DNA from: an uncultured Actinomycetota bacterium
Lineage (GTDB): Bacteria; Actinomycetota; Actinomycetes; Propionibacteriales; Nocardioidaceae
Length of the DNA: 64,000 nucleotides
NCBI GenBank assembly: GCA_963794435.1
Contig: CAWCDX010000007.1
Location: 86,447-150,446, forward strand
Direction of reading: 5' to 3'
Shown: one piece after another, positions 28,477 to 37,951 of the stretch
Numbering within the stretch: position 1 is the stretch's first letter
How the letters are laid out: the number at the start of each line of letters is the position of its first letter
Made by a program: the position numbers and the translations under genes
The notes under the pieces: model-generated
Seen by the model: the letters and a program-made list of their open reading frames with translations, nothing else
The model's database searches: none
Told to the model about the DNA's origin: nothing

Positions 28477-29433
28477 ATGCTGCACCTACGGATCAGCGCC
28501 CCCAGTGACCTGACCGAGGGGGTGCTCGAGATCGTGGGCGAGGACCCGGCGGTGAGCGGCCTCGCCGTGCTGAGGGGGGCATCCGTGCGTCCGGCCGGTG
28601 ACGTCATCGAGGCGGACGTCGCCCGGGAGGCCGCGAACGAGATCGTCGACCGGCTCCGAAGCCTCGGCGTGGGCGAGCACGGCAGCATCCACATCGTGCC
28701 CGTCACCACCTGGATCTCCGAGCCGGGTCGCGCGGCCGAGGTGCGCACCCCTGGCAGCAGCGCCGACGCGGTGGTGTGGGCCGAGGTGACCCAACGGGCC
28801 TACGAGGAGTCGGAGCTCAACTGGACCTACCTGTCCTTCATGACCCTGGCCACGCTGCTCGCCGGCATCGCCATCGTCCTCGACTCGCAGATCCTGGTCA
28901 TCGGCGCCATGGTCCTGGGCCCCGAGTTCGTCGCCATCGCCGCCCTGGGGCTGGCCCTGGTGCGGCGTCGTCGGTCCCTGGCGTTCTACGCCGCCAGGAC
29001 GCTCGTGGTGGGCTTCGGGGTGGCCATCGCCCTCACGACGATGGCCGCGCTCGTCGGCCGGGCACTGGGATGGATCTCGACCGAGACGGTGACACGGGCG
29101 CGTCCGGCCACCGCCTTCATCTACACGCCCGACAAGTGGTCGTTCATCATCGCGGTCGTCGCCGCGGCCGCCGGCGTGCTGTCGCTGACCTCGGCGAAGG
29201 TCGGCGGCCTCTCGGGCGTCTTCATCTCGGTCACGACGGTCCCCGCGGCCGGCAACATCGCCCTGGGCATCGCTCTGGGAGCTCCCTCCGAGATCCTGGG
29301 CAGCGGGGCCCAGCTGCTGGTCAACATCACGGGCATGGCGGCCGCCGGCTGGGCCACCCTCGCGGTCCAGGACGTGGTGTGGGCGCGCATGTCCGCACGT
29401 CGTCAACGCGGCCTGTGGCGCGGCTCGACCTGA
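28477..29433 (+). CDS. DUF389 family membrane protein
   Basis: 'ILVIGAMVLGPEF', 'GVFISVTTVPAA'. Confidence 0.85.
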   Translation: MLHLRISAPSDLTEGVLEIVGEDPAVSGLAVLRGASVRPAGDVIEADVAREAANEIVDRLRSLGVGEHGSIHIVPVTTWISEPGRAAEVRTPGSSADAVVWAEVTQRAYEESELNWTYLSFMTLATLLAGIAIVLDSQILVIGAMVLGPEFVAIAALGLALVRRRRSLAFYAARTLVVGFGVAIALTTMAALVGRALGWISTETVTRARPATAFIYTPDKWSFIIAVVAAAAGVLSLTSAKVGGLSGVFISVTTVPAAGNIALGIALGAPSEILGSGAQLLVNITGMAAAGWATLAVQDVVWARMSARRQRGLWRGST

Positions 29434-29532
29434 GGTGGCCCCGCGCCAAGTCGGGCAATTCTCCCGATGAGAATCTGTCAGTGCTCAGGCCTAGGTTCGT
29501 GCAGGTAGGAACACCACATCGAGAGGTCTGAC

Positions 29533-29655
29533 ATGTACAGCCACCACTACGCCATGGCCCTGCACCGCGAGCGTCAGCAGGAGCTGGCAGACGCCTCCGA
29601 GGGCCGCAGGCGCACGGCGGCCACCCGGCCGCCGCGTCGCCGCGAGCTCCGCTGA
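29533..29655 (+). CDS. Small 40-aa hypothetical peptide
   Basis: RBS GAGAGG; [40 protein letters not shown]. Confidence 0.5.
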   Translation: MYSHHYAMALHRERQQELADASEGRRRTAATRPPRRRELR

Positions 29656-29789
29656 TCCCCGAATCCCCGACTCCCTGATTGACGCGAAAGGGAGTGGCCT
29701 CCAGCAGTTACCTCCGCTGCTGCTTCTGGCGACGATGAACAAGCGGCTCGGTCACCGTCGACCGTGCCCGGAAGCGGAGGCAGAGAGGC

Positions 29790-30858
29790 ATGACGACCAC
29801 GGCTGAGCAGGAGACGGCGGCAGAGGCCGAGGGAGGCCCCGGTCCACATCCTCTGGATGAACGGGGGGCTCAGCTGCGACGGTGACTCGGTCGCCCTGAC
29901 GGCGGCGACCCAGCCGAGCATCGAGGAGATCGTGCTCGGCGCCTTGCCCGGCCTGCCGAAGATCGCGGTGCACTGGCCGCTGATCGACTTCGAGTGCGGC
30001 CCCGAGCAGGGCGCCGACAATTTCATCGAGTGGTGGCACAAGGCCGACCGGGGTGAGCTCGAGCCGTTCGTGCTGGTGGTCGAGGGCTCGATCCCCAACG
30101 AGGAGATCAAGTCCGAGGGCTACTGGGCTGCGTTCGGCAACAACCCGATGACCGGCCAACCGATGAAGACCTCGGAGTGGCTCGACCGGCTGGCTCCCAA
30201 GGCAACGGCCATCATCGCGGTCGGCACCTGCGCGACGTACGGCGGCATCCACGCGATGTCGGGCAACCCCACCGGTGCCATGGGCGTGCCCGACTACCTC
30301 GGGTGGGACTGGAAGTCCAAGGCGGGTCTGCCGATCGTGTGCGTGCCCGGCTGCCCGATCCACCCCGACAACCTCTCGGAGACGATCACCTACCTGCTCT
30401 ACCAGGTTGCCGGCCAGGCGCCGATGATCCCGCTCGACGAGGCGTTGCGTCCGCGGTGGCTCTTCGGCGCGACCGTGCACGAGGGCTGCGACCGCGCCGG
30501 CTACTACGAGCAAGGCGACTTCGCGACCGAGTACGGATCACCGAAGTGCATCGTCAAGCTCGGCTGCTGGGGCCCGGTCGTGAAGTGCAACGTGCCCAAG
30601 CGCGGCTGGATCAACGGCATCGGCGGTTGCCCCAACGTCGGCGGCATCTGCATCGGCTGCACGATGCCGGGCTTCCCCGACAAGTTCATGCCGTTCATGG
30701 ACGAACCACCGGGATCCAAGCTCTCGTCGGCGGGCAGCAAGCTCTACGGCTCTGCCGTCAGACGACTGCGCGAGGTCACCAAGAAGACACTCGACGTGGA
30801 ACCCAAGTGGCGCACCAAGGGCAGCGAGCTCAAGACCGGCTTCCAGAAGACCTGGTGA
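29790..30858 (+). CDS. hhyS: Group 1h [NiFe]-hydrogenase small subunit (apparent +1 frameshift near 29831)
   Basis: HILWMNGGLSCDGDS, GTCA, PGCP, HEGCDR, GCWGP, CIGCTMPGFPD; no Tat signal; ATG 29790 with RBS is one base out of frame. Confidence 0.92.
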
Positions 30859-30868
30859 GGGACGAACC

Positions 30869-32662
30869 ATGACCATGACCGAACCCCGCAAGACGGCCAC
30901 CAAGGACACCGACGTCGTCGAGATGTCGTGGGACCCGGTGACCCGCATCGTCGGGAGCCTGGGCATCTACGCCTCGATCGACTTCAAGCAGAAGGAGGTG
31001 CGCGAGTGCCACAGCACCTCGTCGATCTTCCGTGGCTACAGCCTGTTCATGAAGGGCAAGGACCCGCGGGACGCGCACTTCATCACCAGCCGCATCTGCG
31101 GCATCTGCGGTGACAACCACGCGACCTGCTCGGTCTACAACCAGAACATGGCGTACGGCGTCGTACCCCCGCACCTGGGGGAGTGGATCATCAACCTCGG
31201 CGAGGCCGCGGAGTACATGTTCGACCACAACATCTTCCAGGAGAACCTGGTCGGGGTGGACTACTGCGAGCGGATGGTCAAGGAGACCAACCCCGGCGTC
31301 CTGGAGAAGGCGAACAACACCGAGGCGCCGCACGCGGGCGACCACGGCTACCGCACCATCGGCGACATCATGCGCTCCCTCAACCCGATCGAGGGGGAGT
31401 TCTACCGCGAGGCGCTGCAGGTCAGCCGATACACGCGGGAGATGTTCTGCCTGATGGAGGGGCGCCATGTGCACCCCTCGACGCTCTATCCGGGCGGGGT
31501 CGGCACGACGGCCACCATCCAGCTGTTCACCGACTACCTCACCCGGCTGATGCGCTACGTGGAGTTCATGAAGAAGGTCGTGCCGCTGCACGACGACCTC
31601 TTCGACTTCTTCTACGAGGCCCTGCCCGGCTACGAGCACGTCGGCGAGCGCCGGATCCTCCTCGGCTGCTGGGGCAGCCTCAACGACCCGCAGTACTGCG
31701 ACTTCACCTACGCCAACATGAGCAACTGGGGCAAGAAGATGTTCGTCACCCCGGGCGTGGTGGTCGACGGGAAGCTGGTCACCAACGACCTGGTCGACAT
31801 CAACCTCGGCATCCGGATCCTGCTCGGCCACTCCTACTACGAGGACTGGGTGAAGTCCGGGCGCGAGGTCTTCGTGACCAAGGACCCGCTGGGCAACCCC
31901 GTCGACGAGCGGCACCCGTGGAACCAGCACACGATCCCCAAGCCGCAGAAGCGCGACTGGGACAACGCCTACTCGTGGACGATGTCGCCGCGCTGGTTCG
32001 ACGGCAAGGACCACCTGGCGCTCGACACCGGCGGCGGTCCGATCGCGCGGCTCTGGTCCACGGCCCTGAGCGGGCTGGTGCACACCGACTACGTGCAGGC
32101 CACAGGCGACAGCGTGGTGATCACGCTGCCGCGGACCGCCCTGAAACCCGAGGTGCGCTTCGAGTGGAAGGTGCCGAAGTGGAGCAACGCGCTGGAGCGC
32201 AACCGGGCACGCACCTACTTCCAGGCGTACGCCGCCGCGCTGGCCCTGCACTTCTGCGACAAGGCCCTCGCCGAGGTCCGGCAGGGACGCACCGACACGT
32301 GGACGAAGTTCGAGGTGCCCGACGAGGCGGTCTCGGTGGGCTTCACCGAGGCTGTGCGCGGAGTGCTGAGCCACCACATGGTGATCAAGAACGGGAAGAT
32401 CGCCAACTACCACCCCTACCCGCCGACCCCGTGGAACGGCAGCGTGCGCGACACCTACGGGACACCCGGCCCCTACGAGGACGCCGTGCAGAACACGCCG
32501 ATCTTCGAGGAGAACCCGCCCGACAGCTTCAAGGGGATCGACATCATGCGGGCGGTGCGGAGCTTCGACCCGTGCCTGCCCTGCGGCGTGCACATGTACA
32601 CCGGCGGCGGCAAGGTCGTCGACCACCTGCACACGCCGTCGGTCCCGGTGAAGCCCTACTGA
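30869..32662 (+). CDS. hhyL: Group 1h [NiFe]-hydrogenase large subunit
   Basis: L1 TSRICGICGDNH and L2 SFDPCLPCGVH, typical of group 1h (former group 5). Confidence 0.96.
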   Translation: MTMTEPRKTATKDTDVVEMSWDPVTRIVGSLGIYASIDFKQKEVRECHSTSSIFRGYSLFMKGKDPRDAHFITSRICGICGDNHATCSVYNQNMAYGVVPPHLGEWIINLGEAAEYMFDHNIFQENLVGVDYCERMVKETNPGVLEKANNTEAPHAGDHGYRTIGDIMRSLNPIEGEFYREALQVSRYTREMFCLMEGRHVHPSTLYPGGVGTTATIQLFTDYLTRLMRYVEFMKKVVPLHDDLFDFFYEALPGYEHVGERRILLGCWGSLNDPQYCDFTYANMSNWGKKMFVTPGVVVDGKLVTNDLVDINLGIRILLGHSYYEDWVKSGREVFVTKDPLGNPVDERHPWNQHTIPKPQKRDWDNAYSWTMSPRWFDGKDHLALDTGGGPIARLWSTALSGLVHTDYVQATGDSVVITLPRTALKPEVRFEWKVPKWSNALERNRARTYFQAYAAALALHFCDKALAEVRQGRTDTWTKFEVPDEAVSVGFTEAVRGVLSHHMVIKNGKIANYHPYPPTPWNGSVRDTYGTPGPYEDAVQNTPIFEENPPDSFKGIDIMRAVRSFDPCLPCGVHMYTGGGKVVDHLHTPSVPVKPY

Positions 32663-32671
32663 GGCCGGGCC

Positions 32672-32923
32672 TTGCACGAGCTGTCCCTCGCCGAGGGCCT
32701 CGTCGACCTGGTGGCGGAGCGCACCTCCGGCCGCCAGGTGGTCGCGGTGAACGTGCGGGTCGGTGACCGGTCCGGGGTGGTCGCCGAGGCGCTGGCCTTC
32801 TGCTTCGACGTGGTGACGGTGGAGACCCCGCTCGCGGGGGCCGTCCTGCACGTCGAGGCGGTCGCGGGCGAGGACCTGTCGGTGGCCTCGGTGGAGCTGG
32901 TCCGGGAGGAGTCATGTGCCTGA
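32672..32923 (+). CDS. hypA: Hydrogenase nickel metallochaperone HypA, short form
   Basis: N-terminal MHE Ni motif, 'AL.FCFD..T..T.L.GA.L'; the central CxxC..CPxC domain is missing. Confidence 0.85.
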   Translation: MHELSLAEGLVDLVAERTSGRQVVAVNVRVGDRSGVVAEALAFCFDVVTVETPLAGAVLHVEAVAGEDLSVASVELVREESCA

Positions 32924-33711
32924 CCTGTGGCTGCGGCGAGGCCCAGGAGCAGCGCGGGCCCTTCGAGACCGTTGCTGCGCACCCTCCTCAGGGACCCGGA
33001 GGAACGGAGCTCCTCGAGGTCGAGGAGCGGCTGCTGGCCAAGAACGACCACGCGGCCGCGCACGTGCGGGCCTCACTCGACGAGCGCGGGATCACGGCGC
33101 TGAACCTGATGAGCTCCCCCGGGGCAGGCAAGACCTCGCTGCTGGAGCGCACCATTGCCGAGCTGATGCCCGGGCGAACCGTGAGCGTCATCGAGGGCGA
33201 CCAGGAGACCTCCTTCGACGCCGATCGCATCCGCACCGCCGGGGCGAGGGCGGTGCAGATCAACACCGGAGCCGGGTGCCACCTCGACGCTGAGATGGTG
33301 CACCGGGCCCTGCACGACCTCGACCCGCCGGAGGAGTCGCTGCTCTTCGTCGAGAACGTCGGCAACCTCGTCTGCCCGGCGCTGTTCGACATCGGCGAGC
33401 ACGCCAAGGTCGTGGTGATCTCGGTGACCGAGGGTGACGACAAGCCGTTGAAGTACCCGCACATGTTCTCCGTCGCCGACCTCGTCGTGGTCAACAAGAT
33501 CGACCTGCTGCCGTACGTCGACTTCGACGTCGACCGCCTGACCGCCCAGGCCCGTGAGCTGAGCCCGGCGGTCCAGGTGCTGCCGCTCTCAGTCCGGACC
33601 GGTGAGCACCTCGACGCCTGGTTCGGCTGGCTCGACGCCGGCATCTCTTCTTCCCGACACGAGCCAGCAGAGGGGAGCTCGACGTGGAGCAACCATCAGT
33701 CCGTGAGATGA
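32914..33711 (+). CDS. hypB: Hydrogenase nickel incorporation GTPase HypB
   Basis: CxxCGC N-terminus, SSPGAGKT, GCHLDA, ENVGNLVCP, NKID. Confidence 0.96.
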   Translation: MCLTCGCGEAQEQRGPFETVAAHPPQGPGGTELLEVEERLLAKNDHAAAHVRASLDERGITALNLMSSPGAGKTSLLERTIAELMPGRTVSVIEGDQETSFDADRIRTAGARAVQINTGAGCHLDAEMVHRALHDLDPPEESLLFVENVGNLVCPALFDIGEHAKVVVISVTEGDDKPLKYPHMFSVADLVVVNKIDLLPYVDFDVDRLTAQARELSPAVQVLPLSVRTGEHLDAWFGWLDAGISSSRHEPAEGSSTWSNHQSVR

Positions 33712-34526
33712 GCGAGCAGATCGGCACGCTGCTCGACGAGCTGTCGCAGACCGCGATGCCGGCCGTCACCCATCGGGTCGAGGAGCTGCTCTCGTGCGTG
33801 CTGGCCCTGTACGGCGCCGGCCTCGAGCGGATCGGCGACCACCTCGATCCCGAGACCCGGCGGCAGCTCGCCGACGACGAGCTGATCGGCCCCCTCCTGG
33901 TGCTGCACGACCTGCACCCCGACGACGTCGACACCCGGGTGCAGCGCGCCCTGGACCAGGTGCGTCCCTACCTCGGCTCGCACGCGGGTGGTGTGGCCCT
34001 GTCCGGCGTGGACGAGAACGGCGTGGTCCACCTCCAGCTCGAGGGCAGCTGTGACGGCTGTCCCTCGTCGGCATTGACGGTCAAGAACGCGATCGAGGAC
34101 GCCGTCCTGATGGCAGCACCCGATGTCGTCGCCGTCGAGGCCGAGGGAATGGTGCAGGCGCCTGGTCCCGCCCTGCTCCAGATCGAGCCGTTCCGTCCGC
34201 ACGAACCCGGCAACGCCTGGACGGTCCTGGACCTCGACGTCGCGCCGCGCACGATGTCACGCGTCCCGGCAGGCGACGACGAGGTCCTCGTGGCGAACCT
34301 GGACGGCACCCTGGTCGCCTACGTCGACCGCTGTCCCGCCTGTCTCGTGGCCCTGTCCGACGGCAGCCTCAACGGGGGACTCCTCACCTGCGACTGCGGT
34401 GCGACGTACGACGTCCACCACGCCGGCCGGGCACTCGAGGACGACGCTGCCGGGCTGGCGCCGGTGCCCCTGCTGCCCGACCACGGCCGTTGGAAGATGG
34501 CCGTCCCCCAGGTCGTGGCACCGTGA
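33708..34526 (+). CDS. hhyE: NifU/Nfu-domain plus Rieske-like Fe-S protein (HhyE-like)
   Basis: 'VRPYLGSHAGGV...GSCDGCPSS' NifU domain; C-terminal Rieske-like CPAC...CDC. Confidence 0.8.
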   Translation: MSEQIGTLLDELSQTAMPAVTHRVEELLSCVLALYGAGLERIGDHLDPETRRQLADDELIGPLLVLHDLHPDDVDTRVQRALDQVRPYLGSHAGGVALSGVDENGVVHLQLEGSCDGCPSSALTVKNAIEDAVLMAAPDVVAVEAEGMVQAPGPALLQIEPFRPHEPGNAWTVLDLDVAPRTMSRVPAGDDEVLVANLDGTLVAYVDRCPACLVALSDGSLNGGLLTCDCGATYDVHHAGRALEDDAAGLAPVPLLPDHGRWKMAVPQVVAP

Positions 34527-35170
34527 CGCCGCCGACGAGCGGCTTGGGAGCACTGCGCCGGCTCTCGCAACCGGCACCTCCGGTCGAGGAGCCGGTCGAG
34601 CGCTGCGAGTTCTGTGCGGTGGAGGTGGACGACCGGCACGGGCACGTGGCCGACCTGCACGACCACCGGCTGCTGTGCGTGTGCCGGCCCTGCTACCTGC
34701 TGTTCGGTCCCCAGGGCGCGGGCGGCGGGCGCTATCGCGGCGTCGGGGAGGACGTGCGCCGGGTCGAGGACCTCGAGCTGGACGAAGCCCGGTGGGATGC
34801 CCTGCGGATCCCGGTCGACCTGGTCTTCTTCTTCCGCCAGAGCGGGATCGACGGCCTGCTGTCCTTCTACCCAGGCCCGGGGGGAGCGACCGAGTCGGAG
34901 CTCGACCTGAGTGCGTGGTCCGGCATCGCGGCCGCCAACCCGGTGATGGACACGGTCGAGCCGGACGTCGAGGCCGTCCTGCTGCGGCGTCACGACGGGG
35001 CCTTCTCCTGCTACCTGGTGCCGGTCGACGTCTGCTACGAGCTGGTCGGCGTCGTACGCCAGTCCTGGACGGGTCTGGGCGGTGGGCCCGAGGTGTGGGA
35101 CCGGATCGCTGAGTTCTTCGGCGGTCTCGACGCCAGGGCCGACGCCGTTCCGAGAGCCGGCGCGGCATGA
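34523..35170 (+). CDS. Hydrogenase-associated protein (DUF5947, HhaA-like)
   Basis: ERCEFC..H.H..LLCVCRPC; YPGPGGATES; conserved position in hhy clusters. Confidence 0.75.
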   Translation: MTPPTSGLGALRRLSQPAPPVEEPVERCEFCAVEVDDRHGHVADLHDHRLLCVCRPCYLLFGPQGAGGGRYRGVGEDVRRVEDLELDEARWDALRIPVDLVFFFRQSGIDGLLSFYPGPGGATESELDLSAWSGIAAANPVMDTVEPDVEAVLLRRHDGAFSCYLVPVDVCYELVGVVRQSWTGLGGGPEVWDRIAEFFGGLDARADAVPRAGAA

Positions 35171-35835
35171 GCGCACCGACGGGGATGGCACCGGACCAGC
35201 GGCTGGCCGACCTCGACTTCGAGTGTCGCACCGTGGTCGCCGACCGGTACGCCGCCGGGCCGACCGTGGTGCTGAAGATGCTGGCGCGGGAGAACACCGG
35301 CGCGCGGATACACGCCGCCGCGCTGCGCTGTCAGGTGCGCGTCGAGCCCCTGCGCCGGTCCTACTCCGACCCCGAGGCGGACAAGGTCGTCGACCTCTTC
35401 GGTGACCGCGGACGCTGGGGCACCACCATGCAACCGCTCCAGCTGGCGTTCCTCTCCCAGGTGTTGCCCGGCTTTGTCGGCGAGTGCGAGTTCGACCTCG
35501 TGCTGCCGCTGAGCTACGACGTCGAGGTGGCGGCGCACAAGTACCTCGCCGCCCTGGAGGACGGCCTGGTGCCGCTGATCCTGTTGTTCAGCGGCACCGT
35601 CTTCACCGGCTCGCCCGCCTCCCTGAGCGTCCAGCCGGTGCCGTGGCACAAGGAGGCCACCGTGCGGATGCCGGTGGCGGTGTGGCGCGAGGCCATGGAC
35701 GCCCAGTTCCCGGGGCAGGCGTGGATGAAGATGAGCCGCGCGACCTACGACGAGCTGGCGGTCTACCGCGGCCGCCACGGACTGGTCGGCTGGGACGACG
35801 TGCTGCACCGCCTGCTCGAGCAGGGCGACCGATGA
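35167..35835 (+). CDS. Hydrogenase-associated protein (DUF6084, HhaB-like)
   Basis: 'LRCQVRVEP.RR.Y', 'LLFSGTVF', 'VPWHKE'; synteny. Confidence 0.75.
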   Translation: MSAPTGMAPDQRLADLDFECRTVVADRYAAGPTVVLKMLARENTGARIHAAALRCQVRVEPLRRSYSDPEADKVVDLFGDRGRWGTTMQPLQLAFLSQVLPGFVGECEFDLVLPLSYDVEVAAHKYLAALEDGLVPLILLFSGTVFTGSPASLSVQPVPWHKEATVRMPVAVWREAMDAQFPGQAWMKMSRATYDELAVYRGRHGLVGWDDVLHRLLEQGDR

Positions 35836-37196
35836 CCGACACGACTGCGATCGAGGGTGCCCGCGCGGTGGCGGACGCCGTGCTCTACGAGGGCTACGTG
35901 CTCTATCCCTACCGGGCGAGCGCCCCGAAGAACCGCGTCCGCTGGCAGTGGGGGGTGCTGATGCCCGACGACGTCGTGGCCCTCGACGAGTCCGAGCGTT
36001 CGTGGAACCGCACCGAGCTCGTGGTCGACGGCCGGCCCTCGTCGCTGCGGGCCACGATCAGGTTCCTGCAGGTGCAGCGCCGTCACGTCGAAGACGCCTC
36101 GGGGCGACGGGTAGAGCGGCTCGACGCGGGCGACGTCGTGCACGCGGCTTGGGACGAGGCGCTCGAGCAGGAGCACGTGGTCGACGTACCGCTGGTTGGC
36201 TCGTTCGCGACGACGATCGAGGTGCCCGGCGGCACCGAGGTCGAGGACGTGGTGGGCGGTCGGCTGGTGCGGGTGCGGGAGCCGGTCAGCGTCGCCCTCG
36301 TGGCGACGGTCCACGAGCCGCTCTCGCAGTTCCCCGTGGCGTTGGTCTCCCTCCGCCTGGAGAACCGCACCGCCGATGTGGAGGATCCCGGGCCGGACAG
36401 ACCGGTCTGGCTGCGTCGGGCCCTGGTGGCCTGCCACCTGCTCGTGGAGGTCGACCGGGCCTCGTTCGTCTCCCAGCTCGATCCGCCCGAGTGGGCGAAG
36501 GGTTTCGTGGGCGGCTGTGCGAACGAGGGGGTCTTCCCGGTCCTGGCCGGCCCGCCCGAGCAGGCGCAGGTCGTGCTCAGCTCGCCGATCATCCTCTACG
36601 ACCATCCGGAGCTTGCTCCGCAGAGCGAGAGCTCGTTCATGGACTCTCTCGAGATCGACGAACTGCTCAGCCTGCGCACGATGACGCTCTCGGAGGAGGA
36701 GAAGCGCGAGGTGCGCGGCACCGACCCTCGTGCGGCAGCCCTGCTCGACGAGGTCGACGAGATGCCCCCCGAGCTGTGGGACCGCCTTCACGGGACGGTG
36801 CGCTACCTCGATGCGATGACCGCCTCCGACGTCGGACTGGCTCCGCCACCCGAGCCTTCCGCACCGCTCGACGTGCCCTGGTGGGACCCCGGCTCGGACA
36901 GCTCGGTGGACCCGGAGCACGACTCGGTCCGGATCGGCGAGGTTGACGTACGGCGGGGCACCCGGCTGATCCTTCGTCCCGGCGTACGCCGTGCGGATGC
37001 CTATGACCTGTTCCTCGCCGGGCACACCGCGACCGTGGCCGCCGTGCTGCATGACGTCGACGGCCACCAGCACCTGGCGGTGACCGTCGACGAGGATCCC
37101 GGCGCGGAGCTGAAGACGGCACACGGGCGTTACCTGTACTTCGCTCCCGACGAGGTCGAGCCCCTGGTCGACCAGACGTCCGAGGCTGGTGGCTGA
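35832..37196 (+). CDS. Hydrogenase-associated protein (HhaC-like)
   Basis: 'VADAVLYEGYVLYPYR', 'LSSPIILYDHP..APQS', 'EIDELLSLRT'. Confidence 0.75.
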   Translation: MTDTTAIEGARAVADAVLYEGYVLYPYRASAPKNRVRWQWGVLMPDDVVALDESERSWNRTELVVDGRPSSLRATIRFLQVQRRHVEDASGRRVERLDAGDVVHAAWDEALEQEHVVDVPLVGSFATTIEVPGGTEVEDVVGGRLVRVREPVSVALVATVHEPLSQFPVALVSLRLENRTADVEDPGPDRPVWLRRALVACHLLVEVDRASFVSQLDPPEWAKGFVGGCANEGVFPVLAGPPEQAQVVLSSPIILYDHPELAPQSESSFMDSLEIDELLSLRTMTLSEEEKREVRGTDPRAAALLDEVDEMPPELWDRLHGTVRYLDAMTASDVGLAPPPEPSAPLDVPWWDPGSDSSVDPEHDSVRIGEVDVRRGTRLILRPGVRRADAYDLFLAGHTATVAAVLHDVDGHQHLAVTVDEDPGAELKTAHGRYLYFAPDEVEPLVDQTSEAGG

Positions 37197-37198
37197 GT

Positions 37199-37708
37199 GT
37201 GCGCGTGCTGGTGGCCTGCGTGGGCAACATCTTCAAGAGCGACGACGCGTTCGGCGTCGAGGTCGCCGCCCAGCTCGCGCGCCGCCCCCTGCCCGAAGGG
37301 ATCCGTGTCGTGGACTACGGCATCGGTTCGGTGCACCTGGTCTACGAGCTCCTCGACGGGTACGACGCGCTGGTCCTCGTCGACACCGTTGGCCAGCAGG
37401 AGGGGCCGCCCGGCACGCTCTACGTGATCGAGCCCGACCTCCCGGTCAGACGACCGGCCGACGACGACACGGTGCTCCCCGAGGTGATGCTCGACCCGCA
37501 CGACCTCGCCCCGGACGGCGCGATGGCGCTGGTCCCCACGCTCGGCGGCCACGTCGACCGGATCGTCGTGGTCGGCTGTCAGCCTGAGACCCTGGAGGAC
37601 GGCATCGGCCTCTCCGACGCGGTGGCCACGGTGGTGGACAAGGCGGCCGACCTGGTCGTCGACGTCGCAGCCCGTGAGCTAGCCCGTCTGCAGCACACGA
37701 ACGCCTGA
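37199..37708 (+). CDS. Hydrogenase maturation protease
   Basis: 'VGNIFKSDDAFG', 'VVDYGI', 'DPHD'. Confidence 0.88.
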   Translation: MRVLVACVGNIFKSDDAFGVEVAAQLARRPLPEGIRVVDYGIGSVHLVYELLDGYDALVLVDTVGQQEGPPGTLYVIEPDLPVRRPADDDTVLPEVMLDPHDLAPDGAMALVPTLGGHVDRIVVVGCQPETLEDGIGLSDAVATVVDKAADLVVDVAARELARLQHTNA

Positions 37709-37723
37709 GGAGGTGGAGGAGGC

Positions 37724-37825
37724 ATGAAGAAGCTGTTCAGCCTGGCCGCTCTGGCCGCGATCGGGGCCGCCCTGTACGCGACCCTGCCCGACATCAAGCG
37801 CTACCTGGAGATGCGCCGCATGTAA
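37724..37825 (+). CDS. 33-aa small membrane peptide (DUF6893-like)
   Basis: Strong RBS GGAGG; MKKLFSLAALAAIGAALYATLPDIKRYLEMRRM. Confidence 0.8.
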   Translation: MKKLFSLAALAAIGAALYATLPDIKRYLEMRRM

Positions 37826-37951
37826 TTCCGCCGAGCGGGGGATTGTTGCTCGCCGTACGGCGCCGAGCGGGGGTTTGTTGCTCGCCGACCGTGCACCGAT
37901 GCCCCGGTCGGCGTGCTGGGGCGTGCAGCAATCCCCCGCTCGGCGGGAATT
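37824..37951. repeat. REP/BIME-like intergenic element between convergent operons
   Basis: Two direct copies of GCCGAGCGGGGG(A/T)TTGTTGCTCGCCG (37830, 37862) and one inverted copy GCAGCAATCCCCCGCTCGGC (37925-37944); AATTCC/GGAATT ends. Confidence 0.75.
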
